64,000 nucleotides of DNA, taken from an uncultured Spirochaetota bacterium (GTDB taxonomy: Bacteria > Spirochaetota > Spirochaetia > SZUA-6 > Fen-1364). Positions 9,407 to 19,962 of the stretch are shown piece after piece (the first letter of the stretch is position 1; each line of letters opens with the position of its first letter). Location: the NCBI GenBank assembly GCA_963781885.1, contig CAWAHW010000004.1, forward strand, positions 384,001 to 448,000, read 5' to 3'. The notes beneath the pieces are model-generated. The model did not search any database, was not told where the DNA came from, and worked only from the letters and a program-made list of their open reading frames with translations. A program made the translations under genes and the position numbers.

Positions 9407-10726
9407 CTATTCCAGCGACGCCCGGATGGCCCGGGCCGCAAGCTTGCCGTCCTGTACCGCTTCCACGACCAGCCCCGGACCGCGCGCGATGTCGCCGCCC
9501 GCAAAGATCGTCCGGGCCGAGGTGGCCCCCGTCGTCCTGTCCGTGACGATCAGGCCCGCCTGGTCCACCTTCACGATGCCCCGCCACTCCGCGGCATCCG
9601 GCCTGTTGCCGATCGCCTCGATCACGACCTGGGCATCCAGGGTCCAGTCGGAGCCCTTGATCTCCTGCGGCTTCCTGCGCCCCGAGCTGTCCGGGTCGCC
9701 GAGCTGGGTGCGGACGAGCTTCACGCCCGTGACCTCCCCCGCGGCGCTCACCGCGTAGCCGACCGGCTGGTTCAACATGAGGAAATGGGCGCCGAGGCGC
9801 AGCGCGGCCAGCCGCTCGTCCTCCTCCGCCGGCATCTGGGCAAAGGATCGGCGATAGACGAGGTATGCGTCCCGCGCCCCGAGCTTTGCTGCCGACTCTA
9901 TGCAGTCCATGGCGACGCTGCCGCCGCCGATGACGGCAACCACCTTGCCCTCCACGAGACGGGCCATCGCTGCCTGCTTCCCGTCATCACGCAAGGCTGC
10001 CAGGAATTCCACCGACGTGATAACGCCCGTGGCCCTTTCGCCTCCCGGGATGCGGTCGGCCGCCCAGAGCCCCGGGGCCAGGAAGACCGCCTTGAACCCT
10101 TCTGCCAGAAGCTTTTGCGCGCCGGCAGCACCATCGATGCGTGCGTGACAGACGAACTTCACGCCCAGATGCTCGAGGTCCGCCAGCTCGTGCAGGAGAA
10201 AATCATGGTCGAACCTGTAGGCCGGCACGCCGTAGCGGATCACGCCGCCCGGTTGGCCGCGCTCCTCGAACACGGTCACGGCGTATCCGCCCAGAGCGAG
10301 CTCCGCGGCGCAGGAGAGTCCGGCGGGGCCGGACCCGACCACCGCGACCTTCCCCCGGGTCAGGGCGGGTTTGGGCAGTGGCTGGAAACCGATCTTCCAC
10401 GCGTGTTCCACAAGAGCGCGTTGGATTTTGCCTATCTCCACGGGCCTTCCGATGCCCGTCGCGCTGCATTCCGCCTCACAGAGCCGGGCGGTCGGGCAGA
10501 GGACACCGCAGGCGCCGCCGAGGATGTTGTTCATCTTCACCGTGCGAATGGCGCCGGTGACGTTGTGGAGGCGCAGCTTGCGGATGAATGCGCCCGGGTC
10601 GGTCTCCGCGGGGCAACCGCGCGAGCAGGGGGGATCATGGCAGAGAAGGCAGCGATCCGCCTCGGCGACGGCTTGGGCGATATCGAAGCCCTTTTCCATC
10701 AGCGGGGAGAGCCCGGCATTGCTCAT
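9407..10726 (-). CDS. preT: NAD-dependent dihydropyrimidine dehydrogenase subunit PreT (GltD-like)
   Basis: EADRCLLCHDPPCSRGCP, VGSGPAG, IGGGSVAMD, FAGGDI; AGGAGG RBS; adjacent to preA. Confidence 0.9.
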   Translation of the reverse strand: MSNAGLSPLMEKGFDIAQAVAEADRCLLCHDPPCSRGCPAETDPGAFIRKLRLHNVTGAIRTVKMNNILGGACGVLCPTARLCEAECSATGIGRPVEIGKIQRALVEHAWKIGFQPLPKPALTRGKVAVVGSGPAGLSCAAELALGGYAVTVFEERGQPGGVIRYGVPAYRFDHDFLLHELADLEHLGVKFVCHARIDGAAGAQKLLAEGFKAVFLAPGLWAADRIPGGERATGVITSVEFLAALRDDGKQAAMARLVEGKVVAVIGGGSVAMDCIESAAKLGARDAYLVYRRSFAQMPAEEDERLAALRLGAHFLMLNQPVGYAVSAAGEVTGVKLVRTQLGDPDSSGRRKPQEIKGSDWTLDAQVVIEAIGNRPDAAEWRGIVKVDQAGLIVTDRTTGATSARTIFAGGDIARGPGLVVEAVQDGKLAARAIRASLE

Positions 10727-10870
10727 GAAGAGCCTCCTGTGGAAAAAAATCACCCGCGGCGAGGGAAGCACGCGGGAAAATGCCTGCCTCATCAATCCGG
10801 GAACGGTGCTTCTCAGTGTGTGAATGATGGCGCGCCGGCTCGTTCGATCCGGACCGGCGCGGACGAAAGC

Positions 10871-10899
10871 AGTATAGGACCCGTCAGGGCATTTGTAAA
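10871..10899 (-). promoter_or_regulatory. sigma70-type promoter of the preT operon
   Basis: Minus strand TTTACA-N17-TATACT. Confidence 0.65.
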
Positions 10900-10928
10900 T
10901 AAAAATCTATGCGATGGACAAATTCCCT

Positions 10929-10958
10929 TTGACGAGCTGTCTTGCCATCACCTATAAT
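10929..10958 (+). promoter_or_regulatory. sigma70-type promoter of the nitrilase-family gene
   Basis: TTGACG-N18-TATAAT, then AAGGAG RBS. Confidence 0.7.
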
Positions 10959-10993
10959 CCGTCGCATCCTCATCGCCTGAAAGGAGCGCACCA

Positions 10994-11863
10994 ATGCCAC
11001 GCACCATCCGCTGCGGATTGATCCAGGCATCCAATCCCCTGCACGAAGGCTCGCTCGCCGAGATCAAGGAGGCCATGATCCGAAAGCACCTGCCCCTCAT
11101 CGATGAGGCGGGCAGGAAAGGGGTCCAGATCCTCTGCCTGCAGGAGCTCTTCCACGGCCCCTACTTCGCGGCCGAGCAGGACATCAAGTGGTACAAGACG
11201 GCGGAGCCCGTTCCCGGACCCATCACGGAGCGCCTGGCGCCGATCGCGCGCAAGAACAAGATGGTGATGATCGTTCCCGTCTACGAGATGGAACAGGAGG
11301 GCGTCTACTTCAACACTGCCGCGGTGATCGATGCAGATGGCTCCTATCTTGGCAAGATGCGAAAAGTGCACATCCCGCACACCTACCCCGCGTTCTGGGA
11401 GAAGTTCTATTTCAAGCCGGGCACGCTGGGCTTCCCCGTTTTCCAGACCGCCTACGCGAAGATCGGAATCTACATCTGCTATGACCGGCATTTCCCCGAG
11501 TGCGCGCGCATCCTCGCGCTGAAGGGGGCCGAAATCCTTTTCAACCCCTCGGCGACGACAGAGGGCAAGTCACGCTACCTCTGGGAGCTGGAGCAGCCGG
11601 CACAGGCCGTGGCGAACGGGGTCTTCATCGGCGCAAACAACCGTGTGGGGCTGGAGAAGCCGTGGGAGTTCGGGAAGTTCTACGGCTGCAGCTATTTCGT
11701 GGACCCCCGCGGCAAGATATTGGTCAGGGGCTCGGAGGACAAGGACGAGGTCGTCGTTGCCGACCTTGACCTGGACCAGATCCGCGAGGTTCGCGACGGC
11801 TGGCAGTTCTTCCGCGACCGCAGACCCGAGCTGTACGCGGAAATCGGGGAGCAGCGGCCGTAG
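10994..11863 (+). CDS. Nitrilase-superfamily N-carbamoyl-beta-alanine amidohydrolase (beta-ureidopropionase)
   Basis: E-K-C triad (CLQELF, RKVHIP, ICYDRHFPE), FWEKFYFKPG, WQFFRDRRPE; divergent from preT. Confidence 0.85.
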   Translation: MPRTIRCGLIQASNPLHEGSLAEIKEAMIRKHLPLIDEAGRKGVQILCLQELFHGPYFAAEQDIKWYKTAEPVPGPITERLAPIARKNKMVMIVPVYEMEQEGVYFNTAAVIDADGSYLGKMRKVHIPHTYPAFWEKFYFKPGTLGFPVFQTAYAKIGIYICYDRHFPECARILALKGAEILFNPSATTEGKSRYLWELEQPAQAVANGVFIGANNRVGLEKPWEFGKFYGCSYFVDPRGKILVRGSEDKDEVVVADLDLDQIREVRDGWQFFRDRRPELYAEIGEQRP

Positions 11864-11979
11864 ACATGGATGTCGAGCTGCGCCGAGTCCATGGATGGAC
11901 GGAAGGCGCAGCGCAGCCCCGCCGCGAGCTTGCGGCGTTGGAAGCGTCGCGCGGTACGCCGCGCGGAGGGCGGCAGCCG
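11859..11979 (+). repeat. GTAG-led structured intergenic repeat, copy 1, plus a GC-rich module fragment
   Basis: CGTA-GACATGGATGTC-GAG-CTGCGCC-GA-GTCCATGGATGGAC-GGAA-GGCGCAG; 11961-11979 matches the reverse complement of part of the 47300-47597 repeat. Confidence 0.75.
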
Positions 11980-11995
11980 ACCCTCCATCGCCCTC

Positions 11996-13048
11996 CTACC
12001 TGACAAACAGGAGCACGACGAAGCAGCTCGTCATGAGCACCATGCCGACGGGCACGCCGATCTTTGCCCATTCCTGCGCGCCGATCTTCAGGCGGCCTGC
12101 CGCGATGATGTTGGGGATGTTGCCGGGCACGAGCATGCCGCCGGCGATCAGGAGGCCCATCAGCGCGGCGACGATCTGGTTGAGCTGCAGCGCCGGCACG
12201 ATCTCGGCGGCCGTCAACGTCGCGTTGTCGAGGATCGCGGAGACGATATTTGCCCAGAACAGGGCGAGGTGCGACACGGAGCCGGCGAACCGGTCGATGA
12301 TCGGGGTGAAACCGGTCCCAAGCAGCACGAGACCGTAGACGAAAACATAGACCTTGCCGGTACGGATGAAGACCTCGCCGAGCTTCTCGGGGCCCTCTTC
12401 CGGTTCATCCTCCGCCTTTTCCAGCCCCGCGCGCATGATGAAGATTGCCGCCAGGCCGCAGAGGGCAATGCCGGGGATGACGTACATCCAGAGCTTTCTC
12501 AGCAAGAACCAGAAATCCGCGTGGTAAGGCTCTCCGGAGAGCTTGGAGATGGCGATGGTTGCCAGGGGTTCGCCAAAAGGCGTGAGCGCCGCACCCAGGC
12601 CGATGGAGAAGCACGCGAGCACGACCAGACGGATTTCCGTCCTCCGCGGGAGGTGCATTGACCGCACGATCTCCACGAGCACGAGCGCGGCGATAATTGC
12701 CGTGATGAAGCTGGAGGCGAGGCCGACAAGGATGACCAGGCCCACTGCCATGATCCGCAGCCCCATGAATATCCGCAGCCGCCCGATTCCCTTGTGAAGG
12801 GACGGGCGCAGGAAATGGAAAAGGAGACCTGCCACGAGCACAGCGCCCGTGATCTTCAGCGGCTCGACCAGTGCATCCAGCACGAGGTGGATGCTCCACT
12901 GCGATGTCACCGTGACCGCCAGGGCCCCAATGATGAAAAGGAATATCTCCAGCTGCTCGCCCACCTTCTTCACGAAGAGCGGAAGAAGCATCACGACCAG
13001 CCCGATTGCGATCATGCCGTCGTCGGTAATCGTCACTCCCGTCGCCAC
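11996..13048 (-). CDS. DUF1646-like membrane protein (putative cation transporter)
   Basis: About ten TM helices; GAALTPFGEPL, SAILDNATLTAAEI, GGMLVPGNIPNII motifs. Confidence 0.75.
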   Translation of the reverse strand: MATGVTITDDGMIAIGLVVMLLPLFVKKVGEQLEIFLFIIGALAVTVTSQWSIHLVLDALVEPLKITGAVLVAGLLFHFLRPSLHKGIGRLRIFMGLRIMAVGLVILVGLASSFITAIIAALVLVEIVRSMHLPRRTEIRLVVLACFSIGLGAALTPFGEPLATIAISKLSGEPYHADFWFLLRKLWMYVIPGIALCGLAAIFIMRAGLEKAEDEPEEGPEKLGEVFIRTGKVYVFVYGLVLLGTGFTPIIDRFAGSVSHLALFWANIVSAILDNATLTAAEIVPALQLNQIVAALMGLLIAGGMLVPGNIPNIIAAGRLKIGAQEWAKIGVPVGMVLMTSCFVVLLFVR

Positions 13049-13266
13049 CTTGTCCGCACACTATCGCTTAAAAATATGCGCCGTGTGAAGAGATATGCAT
13101 TTTTTTCTTGACAACGAGAATTCAGCGTGCAACTATCCATACTTAATAAATTGGCAAGGCAAGCGGCAATCGAGATCGGCCGTTCCCGATGGCCGCGCTC
13201 TCTACTCCTGTTACCGGGCATTCTCACCCAGTGGTGAGCCAATATTTTCCCAAAAGGAGCGTTGTC

Positions 13267-14727
13267 ATGCCCGAACAGATGTACGAGCTGAAGCGTGATG
13301 TCACACAGAATCACCGACTCTACAACAAGGACCTCGCGCCGACGGCGATCAAGCAGCGCAAGTGGGGGACGTACAATTTCGCTGCCCTTTGGATCGGCAT
13401 GGCGCACTGCGTTCCCACCTATGCACTGGCTGGCGGTCTGATCGCCCTTGGCATGGATTGGAAGCAGGCCTTGTTCACGATCACGTTGGGAAACCTGATC
13501 GTCCTCGTTCCCATGCTGCTGAACGCGCATCCTGGCACCAAGTACGGCATTCCGTTCCCTGTCTTTGCCCGGGCCTCGTTCGGGGTTTTCGGGGCCAACA
13601 TTCCCGCCCTTCTGCGCGCCATCGTTGCCTGCGGATGGTTCGGGATCAACACCTATATCGGCTCCCTGGCAATCGACATCTTCCTGGGCAAGCTCGTTCC
13701 CGGGTGGAGCGGCATCGGCGGTTCATTGACCTTCGCCTTCGGATTGACCGTCCACGGCGCCATCGCATTCCTGGTCTTCTGGGCCTTCCAGATCTATATC
13801 ATCATGCGCGGCATGGACGCGGTGCGGATATTCGAGAACTGGGCAGCCCCCTTCGTCATCCTGCTTGGCCTTGCCCTGGTCATCTGGATGATCACGGCAG
13901 CCAAGGGATTCGGCCCGCTTCTTTCCCAGCCCAGCAAGTTCAAGAGCGGCGCCGAGTTCTTCAAGATCTTCATTCCGTCCCTGACGGGCATGGTCGGGTT
14001 CTGGGCCACCTTGTCCCTGAACATTCCCGACTTCACCCGGTTCGGCAAGGGTCAGAAGGAGCAGATGATCGGGCAGGCCATCGGTCTCCCCCCGACGATG
14101 CTCGTCTTCTCCGCCTTTGGCGTCATCATTACGTCGGCGTCCGCCATCGTGTTCGGCGAGGCCATCTGGGACCCGGCAACGCTCCTCAGCAAGTTCAACA
14201 ACCCGATCACGCTGGTCCTGGCCTTGATCGGTCTCGTCGTGGCGTCCCTGTCGGTGAATATTGCCGCCAACACGGTATCGCCGGCGAATGACTTCTCGAA
14301 CACCGTTCCCAAGCACATCAGCTTCAAGATGGGCGGCGTGATCACGGGCATAATTGGCATCCTGATCATGCCCTGGAGACTGCTCGCGGATCCCAGCGGA
14401 TACATCTTCGGCTGGCTCGGCACCTACTCGGGCTTCCTGGGCCCCATCGCGGGCGTGCTCATCGCCGACTACTGGGTCATCCGCCATACGAACCTGAATC
14501 TTGAAGACCTCTACACGGAAAAGGGCGGCGTCTACGGGTTCACGCGGGGGTTCAACATCCGGGCGATCATCGCGCTGGCCGCGGGTGTCGTTGTTGCCCT
14601 CATCGGCACAATCGTGAAGCCTCTGCACTTCCTCTTCGATTACGCCTGGTTCGTCGGATTCGCGGTTTCGTTCTTGGTCCAGTGGATCCTCATGGCCGGA
14701 CGGGCGGAGCCCAAACTCGCCACCTGA
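13267..14727 (+). CDS. NCS1 nucleobase:cation symporter (uracil/hydantoin type)
   Basis: YNKDLAP, WIGM, GTKYGIPFPV, WATLSLNIPDFTRF, NIAAN motifs; AAGGAG RBS. Confidence 0.92.
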   Translation: MPEQMYELKRDVTQNHRLYNKDLAPTAIKQRKWGTYNFAALWIGMAHCVPTYALAGGLIALGMDWKQALFTITLGNLIVLVPMLLNAHPGTKYGIPFPVFARASFGVFGANIPALLRAIVACGWFGINTYIGSLAIDIFLGKLVPGWSGIGGSLTFAFGLTVHGAIAFLVFWAFQIYIIMRGMDAVRIFENWAAPFVILLGLALVIWMITAAKGFGPLLSQPSKFKSGAEFFKIFIPSLTGMVGFWATLSLNIPDFTRFGKGQKEQMIGQAIGLPPTMLVFSAFGVIITSASAIVFGEAIWDPATLLSKFNNPITLVLALIGLVVASLSVNIAANTVSPANDFSNTVPKHISFKMGGVITGIIGILIMPWRLLADPSGYIFGWLGTYSGFLGPIAGVLIADYWVIRHTNLNLEDLYTEKGGVYGFTRGFNIRAIIALAAGVVVALIGTIVKPLHFLFDYAWFVGFAVSFLVQWILMAGRAEPKLAT

Positions 14728-14750
14728 CGCCGACTTTCACCACGGATTTC

Positions 14751-14790
14751 GCAAGCCCGTCGCGGTCTCCGCGGTGGGCTTGCTTTTTTT
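14751..14790 (+). terminator. Intrinsic terminator after the NCS1 gene
   Basis: GCAAGCCC..CGCGG-TCT-CCGCG..GGGCTTGC followed by T7. Confidence 0.8.
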
Positions 14791-14847
14791 GCGGCGCCCG
14801 GGAAATACTGGTCCTGGGTGCTGATACCGCAGCACAGGAGGAACACC

Positions 14848-16380
14848 ATGACGACAACCATCAAAAAACTGCGTTACTACGCGGCCGGTTGGAAAGAATC
14901 CCGGACGGCAAAATACATGGATTGCTTCGACCCGTCGACGGGCGACGTGATCGCCCTCGCGCCACAGTGCACCGCCGACGAGGTGAACGAGGCAGTCGCC
15001 GCGGCCGCGGCGGCGTTTCCCGCCTGGTCCGATACGACGCCCAGCAAGCGCGTCCAGGTGTTGTTCAAGATGAAGACCCTCATGGACACGCACCTGGACG
15101 AGATCGTAACGCTGGTCGCCCGGGAAAATGGAAAAGTGCTCGACGAAGCGCTGGGCGATGCCATCAAGGTGACCGAGCTCATCGAGTTCGCCTGCGGCAT
15201 TCCCCACATGTTGAAGGGTCACGCTCTGATGAATCTCACGCCGGGGTATGACACCACGCAGTACCTGGAGCCGCTGGGCGTGTTCGCCGGCATCGTGCCG
15301 TGGAACTTCCCCGCCATGCTCCCCATGGGCTGGATCGCGCCCCTGTGCATCGCCACCGGCAACACGCTCGTGCTGAAGCTCGCCAGCTTCGTTCCCCAGT
15401 CAGCCATCAGGATCATGGAGCTCTGGGAAGAGGCGGGCCTGCCCAAGGGCGTCATCAATCTGGTCACCTGCTCCCGCAATGAAGCCGAGGTGCTCCTGAA
15501 GCATCCCGACGTGAAGGGCGTCACCTTTGTCGGCTCCACCTCCATCGGGAAACACATCTATGCCACCGCTGCCGCCAACGGCAAGAGGGTGCAGGCCCTG
15601 ACGGAGGCCAAGAACCACGCCCTGGTTCTCAAGGACGCCGCCCTGGAGCGCTCGGCCCGCAGCATCGTTGCTTCCTCGTGCGGCTGCGCCGGGGAGCGCT
15701 GCATGGCGCTGCCCGCGGTCGTGGTGGAAGAGCCCATCGCGGACGCGCTGGTCGAGCTGCTTGCCCGGTTCATGAAGGAGCTGAAAATCGGGCCTGCCTA
15801 TGAGAAGTCCAGCCAGCTCGGCCCCCTGGTCAATGCGGAGCACCGACAGTCGGTGGTCAACTGGATCCAGAAGGGCGTCGACGAAGGGGCAAAGCTCGTG
15901 GTGGACGGTCGCTGCGCCACCGTCAAGGGATATGAGAAGGGCTTCTACCTCGGCCCGACGCTTTTCGACCACGTGACGCCGGGCATGACCATCGGCGACC
16001 GTGAGGTCTTCGGACCCGTGCTCTGCGTGAAGCGCGTGAAGAACTTCGAGGAAGGCATCGCGCTCATGAACAGGAGCGAGTTTGCAAACGGATCGGTGAT
16101 CTTTACGCAGAGCGGCTACTACGCGCGGGAGTTCGCACGGCACACCCACGGCGGCATGGTGGGCGTCAATGTCGGCATCCCCGTCCCGCTGGGCATGTTC
16201 GGGTTCACCGGGCACAAGAACTCGTTCTTCGGTGACCTGCACACCATGGGGACCGACGGTGTGCGTTTCTTTACCGAGCTGAAGACCGTCACCGCCCACT
16301 GGTTCTCGGAGAAGGAAGCGCGCGAAGGCAAGGTCGTCAATACCTGGGACGGGATGATCTCCCTCCCGGACAAGAAGTAA
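14848..16380 (+). CDS. mmsA: CoA-acylating (methyl)malonate-semialdehyde dehydrogenase
   Basis: PWNFPAM, FVGST, AKNH, AGERCMA, GMVGVNVGIPVP, SFFGDLH. Confidence 0.9.
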   Translation: MTTTIKKLRYYAAGWKESRTAKYMDCFDPSTGDVIALAPQCTADEVNEAVAAAAAAFPAWSDTTPSKRVQVLFKMKTLMDTHLDEIVTLVARENGKVLDEALGDAIKVTELIEFACGIPHMLKGHALMNLTPGYDTTQYLEPLGVFAGIVPWNFPAMLPMGWIAPLCIATGNTLVLKLASFVPQSAIRIMELWEEAGLPKGVINLVTCSRNEAEVLLKHPDVKGVTFVGSTSIGKHIYATAAANGKRVQALTEAKNHALVLKDAALERSARSIVASSCGCAGERCMALPAVVVEEPIADALVELLARFMKELKIGPAYEKSSQLGPLVNAEHRQSVVNWIQKGVDEGAKLVVDGRCATVKGYEKGFYLGPTLFDHVTPGMTIGDREVFGPVLCVKRVKNFEEGIALMNRSEFANGSVIFTQSGYYAREFARHTHGGMVGVNVGIPVPLGMFGFTGHKNSFFGDLHTMGTDGVRFFTELKTVTAHWFSEKEAREGKVVNTWDGMISLPDKK

Positions 16381-16389
16381 GAGGATCCA

Positions 16390-16413
16390 CCCCCGGCGCG
16401 CCCGCGCCGGGGG
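16390..16413. terminator. Hairpin between convergent genes (probable bidirectional terminator)
   Basis: CCCCCGGCGCG-CC-CGCGCCGGGGG; no clear U-tract. Confidence 0.55.
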
Positions 16414-16414
16414 G

Positions 16415-18718
16415 CTATTTCTGCGGCGCCGCCGGGCCGAACATGCCCATGCCGCGCTGCGACTCTCCGTCCAGGAGCACGTGCAGGAGCTTGCCGTCTT
16501 TCAGGGACGGGATGTGCAGCACGTGGACCACCTCCGACAAATCCGCCGCGGCCGGCTCCAGCTCTGCAAGCAGGTTGTGAGAGCCAAGGAGGAAGTCCTC
16601 CTTCAGCATGCTGCCCGTGGTATCGGGGTACAGCGGCATGATCGCGATGTCGGCCTCCACGAGGTCCTGGAAGAAATGCGTGCCGTAGGAGACCTCGGGG
16701 GTGTAGCCGTCCCGGGCAAAAGCGATCTCCACGAGAAGCCGCGTGCTGTTGATGTCGGCATAGGTGACGCGCACGCCGAGATTGATGTCATTGCTGCCCC
16801 ACCGGCCGGGGCCCATGAGGGCATAGGGTTTTCCGGCAAGGCGGAGATTCAGCTTTCCCACCGTCCGTCCCACCTTGTTCTTCTTCTCCACGGTGTCCAG
16901 CCGGTCATACGCGCGCGGATCCACGTAGACGACGTATTCGATGTTGGTGATGCGGGCATTCGTGATGCCGGACCCGGTGAGGAAAAGCGTATCCTCCGCC
17001 GGCACGTTGGCCGGCAGCGGAACCCGGTCCGCCTCACGGCGCATGGAAAGTGAGCGGCACTGCAGGATGTACAGCTTGTTCTCATCCCAGGCGAACTCGA
17101 TGTCCACGGGACGGCCGTAGGCCGCCTGCACCGTGGAGAGCACCTTCCGCGCCAGGGACACGAACGCCGACTGCTTGAGGAAGTTGTCGAACGTGAGGCA
17201 GAGAGACGCCGGCGGGAGCTCCTGCGTCCTGAAAAGCGGCGCCCGCATCTCACCGTCCGCCATGAGCGAGCCGGCAAGGAAGAGGTCGGGATGGCCGCTT
17301 TCAGCGGCCAGGGTGCGGAAGTCGATCGTTTCAAATGTCCGCGTGCGGAGATTGATCGCATCGACCATCTTCTGGGAATACTTGTAGATCTGCTCGGGGG
17401 TCACCTCGGGACGCAGGGAGGGATGGGAAAGCGGTATCATGCGGGGATAGTCCCCGCCCACCCTGTCGACCGCCCGGGTCCCCAGACCGAATACCAGCCG
17501 TACAAGGCCATCGCTCTTCTTGATCTTCGGGTTCCATACCCACGCGTTGGAGGAATACATGACGCCCGCGGCAAAGGGGAGGAACCAGTCGCCGAATCTG
17601 CGGCCCACCACCTTCTGCACGATCATCGCCATACGCTCGTTGAAATCCAGCAGGCCGTGATCGCGCCGATAGATGATGGGGTCGGGCCCGTACATGCTGG
17701 CCATCACGGTCTTCACGCCGCGGATGAACGCGAGCAGCCGCTCGTCCTCGGTGCCCAGGTTGGCGAGGAAGATGGATTGGTACTTGCCCGAGAACGCCAG
17801 CCCGAAGCTGTCCTCCAGGTAGCTGGAGGAGCGGACGATGATGGGGTGCTCGCCGATCTGCCGGATCAGGGTGCGGAACTCCGCCACCACATCGTCGGGG
17901 AAGGAGGCTTTTTCGAACATCCCGCCGATGCTCTTGTACTCCTCGTCGATGGCGTCGCGGTCGCGGTACTTGTGGGTATGGAAGACGTAGAAGTGATTCC
18001 GATCGATGAAATCCGACATCACCCCCGAGCTGATGTACCACGTGTCGGGAACCGAGATGTACTTTTCGAAATCGGCGTCGCGGTCCTGGAGGATGGGCAG
18101 CAGGATCTTCTGCGCGACGATCATGCCGGCCGCCTTGCCGCCGAGCTTCCCGGGATAGGCAACATGCCCGATGGTATGCCCGAGCACCGTGTCGATGTCG
18201 CGGATGGTGACGTGGTTCTTGGCGATCCCGATGAAGGGAAGCTGGCTGGAGATGTAGTAGGAAAGGAGGGAGACGCGGATGCCCTCCGCCTCCTCCCGCG
18301 AGATGTACAGCTCGCCCTTGGGGATGTCGCAGAACTCGCGCAGCGCCCGCCAGATCGCGGCCGGATCGTTGTGCTCGCCGGAGACGACCCGGCCCAGCTC
18401 GTGGCAGCGGTCGCGCTTGCGCACGAGGTTCACCCAGTTCTCCACCTCCTCCTCGCCGAGGGAGTTGGCGAAGAGAAGATCGATGAGGCAGTCGGTGTAA
18501 TCCGCGCGGATGACATCCGTGTCGGGGGCCCCGTCCGCCGCCATCGCGCGGCTCACCATGCCCGCAAGGTCCTCCCGGACCAGGACGCCGCGCTCCACCA
18601 GCACGTCGAGGAAGGTGGAGCGCATCTGCGCCTGGAGCTCGGGGAAGCGCGCGATGAGGCGGAAGAGCCGATAGCCCTTCAGCGTCGTCCGGCTGACAAG
18701 GGAGTCGGGAAGGCTCAC
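16415..18718 (-). CDS. PEP-synthase/PPDK-like ATP-grasp protein of unknown function
   Basis: [66 protein letters not shown]; GTGA overlap with the gdh stop. Confidence 0.8.
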   Translation of the reverse strand: MSLPDSLVSRTTLKGYRLFRLIARFPELQAQMRSTFLDVLVERGVLVREDLAGMVSRAMAADGAPDTDVIRADYTDCLIDLLFANSLGEEEVENWVNLVRKRDRCHELGRVVSGEHNDPAAIWRALREFCDIPKGELYISREEAEGIRVSLLSYYISSQLPFIGIAKNHVTIRDIDTVLGHTIGHVAYPGKLGGKAAGMIVAQKILLPILQDRDADFEKYISVPDTWYISSGVMSDFIDRNHFYVFHTHKYRDRDAIDEEYKSIGGMFEKASFPDDVVAEFRTLIRQIGEHPIIVRSSSYLEDSFGLAFSGKYQSIFLANLGTEDERLLAFIRGVKTVMASMYGPDPIIYRRDHGLLDFNERMAMIVQKVVGRRFGDWFLPFAAGVMYSSNAWVWNPKIKKSDGLVRLVFGLGTRAVDRVGGDYPRMIPLSHPSLRPEVTPEQIYKYSQKMVDAINLRTRTFETIDFRTLAAESGHPDLFLAGSLMADGEMRAPLFRTQELPPASLCLTFDNFLKQSAFVSLARKVLSTVQAAYGRPVDIEFAWDENKLYILQCRSLSMRREADRVPLPANVPAEDTLFLTGSGITNARITNIEYVVYVDPRAYDRLDTVEKKNKVGRTVGKLNLRLAGKPYALMGPGRWGSNDINLGVRVTYADINSTRLLVEIAFARDGYTPEVSYGTHFFQDLVEADIAIMPLYPDTTGSMLKEDFLLGSHNLLAELEPAAADLSEVVHVLHIPSLKDGKLLHVLLDGESQRGMGMFGPAAPQK

Positions 18719-19962
18719 ACCCACCCGCGCAGCTTGCACGCCTCGGCGACCCTGCTCACCGAGACGAGGTAGGCGGCCTCCCGCATGTTCACCTTGTGGC
18801 GATCGTGCATCGCGTAGACGTCGCCGAAGGCCTTCGTCATCTTTTCATCGAGCCTGCTATAGACCAGGTCGAGGTTCCAGTAGTAGTTGTACGCGTTCTG
18901 GACCTGCTCGAAGTAGCTCACCGTCACGCCGCCGGCATTCGCAAGGAAGTCGGGGATGACGAACACGCCGTTCTTGTAGAGGATGGCGTCCGCCTCCGGC
19001 GTCGTGGGACCATTGGCGAGCTCGCAGACGATCTTCGCCTTGATGCGCGCGGCGTTCGCGTCCGTGATCATGTTCTCCAGCGCCGCCGGAAAGAGGACCG
19101 CGACATCCAGCTCCAGGAGCTTTTCGTTCGTGATGCTCTCCGCGCCCGGGAAGCCGGCGAGGCTGCCCTTCTTCCGCTTGTAGTCGATCAGCGCCTTGAC
19201 GTCGATGCCCTTCGCGCTGTACACGCCGCCCTGCGAGTCGGAAGCGGCGACGAGCTTCATGCCCAGCAGCTCCGCGCCGAGCACCGCGGCGAACTGACCG
19301 GCGTTTCCGAATCCCTGGATCGCCATGGGCTTGCCCTTCAGGTCCATGCCGAGCTTTGCCGCGGCCTCGCGCGTCACGAAGATGCCGCCCCGCGCGGTGG
19401 CGTCGCCGCGTCCCGCCGAGCCGCCCAGCGCGATGGGCTTGCCCGTGATCACGCCGGGGCTGTGCTGGCCGATGATCGTCTCGTACTCGTCCATCATCCA
19501 CGCCATGATCTCGGGTGTCGTGTAGACGTCGGGCGCCGGCACGTCGCCGGTTTCGGAGAGGAAGCGGCCGACGGCGCGGATGTAGGCGCGCGCAAGGCGC
19601 TCCTTCTCTCCCTGCGAGAGCTCCTTCGGGTTGCACGTGACACCGCCCTTTGCGCCGCCCAGGGGAAGGTCGACGACCGCGGTCTTCCACGTCATCCACG
19701 CGGACAGCGCACGCACGGTGTCGATCGTCTCATCCGGATGCCAGCGCAGGCCGCCCTTTGTCGGGCCGCGCGCGCCATTGTAGTGCACGCGATAGCCGTG
19801 GAATATGCGGATGCTGCCATCGTCCATGTGCACGGGAAAGGTTACCTGCAGCTCGCGCTGCGGCCAGCGGAGAAGCTGGTGCGTCGCCTCGTCGAGCCCC
19901 AGGGTGGCCGCCGCGGTGTCGAGCTGCTTCTGCGCGATTTTGAATGGATTGAGCTCTGCCAT
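18715..19962 (-). CDS. gdhA: Glu/Leu/Phe/Val dehydrogenase, glutamate dehydrogenase
   Basis: [56 protein letters not shown]. Confidence 0.93.
   Translation of the reverse strand: MAELNPFKIAQKQLDTAAATLGLDEATHQLLRWPQRELQVTFPVHMDDGSIRIFHGYRVHYNGARGPTKGGLRWHPDETIDTVRALSAWMTWKTAVVDLPLGGAKGGVTCNPKELSQGEKERLARAYIRAVGRFLSETGDVPAPDVYTTPEIMAWMMDEYETIIGQHSPGVITGKPIALGGSAGRGDATARGGIFVTREAAAKLGMDLKGKPMAIQGFGNAGQFAAVLGAELLGMKLVAASDSQGGVYSAKGIDVKALIDYKRKKGSLAGFPGAESITNEKLLELDVAVLFPAALENMITDANAARIKAKIVCELANGPTTPEADAILYKNGVFVIPDFLANAGGVTVSYFEQVQNAYNYYWNLDLVYSRLDEKMTKAFGDVYAMHDRHKVNMREAAYLVSVSRVAEACKLRGWV

Noticed and set aside
13151-13170. sigma54 promoter upstream of the NCS1 gene (TTGGCA...)
   Set aside because: The required GG-N10-GC spacing is not met.
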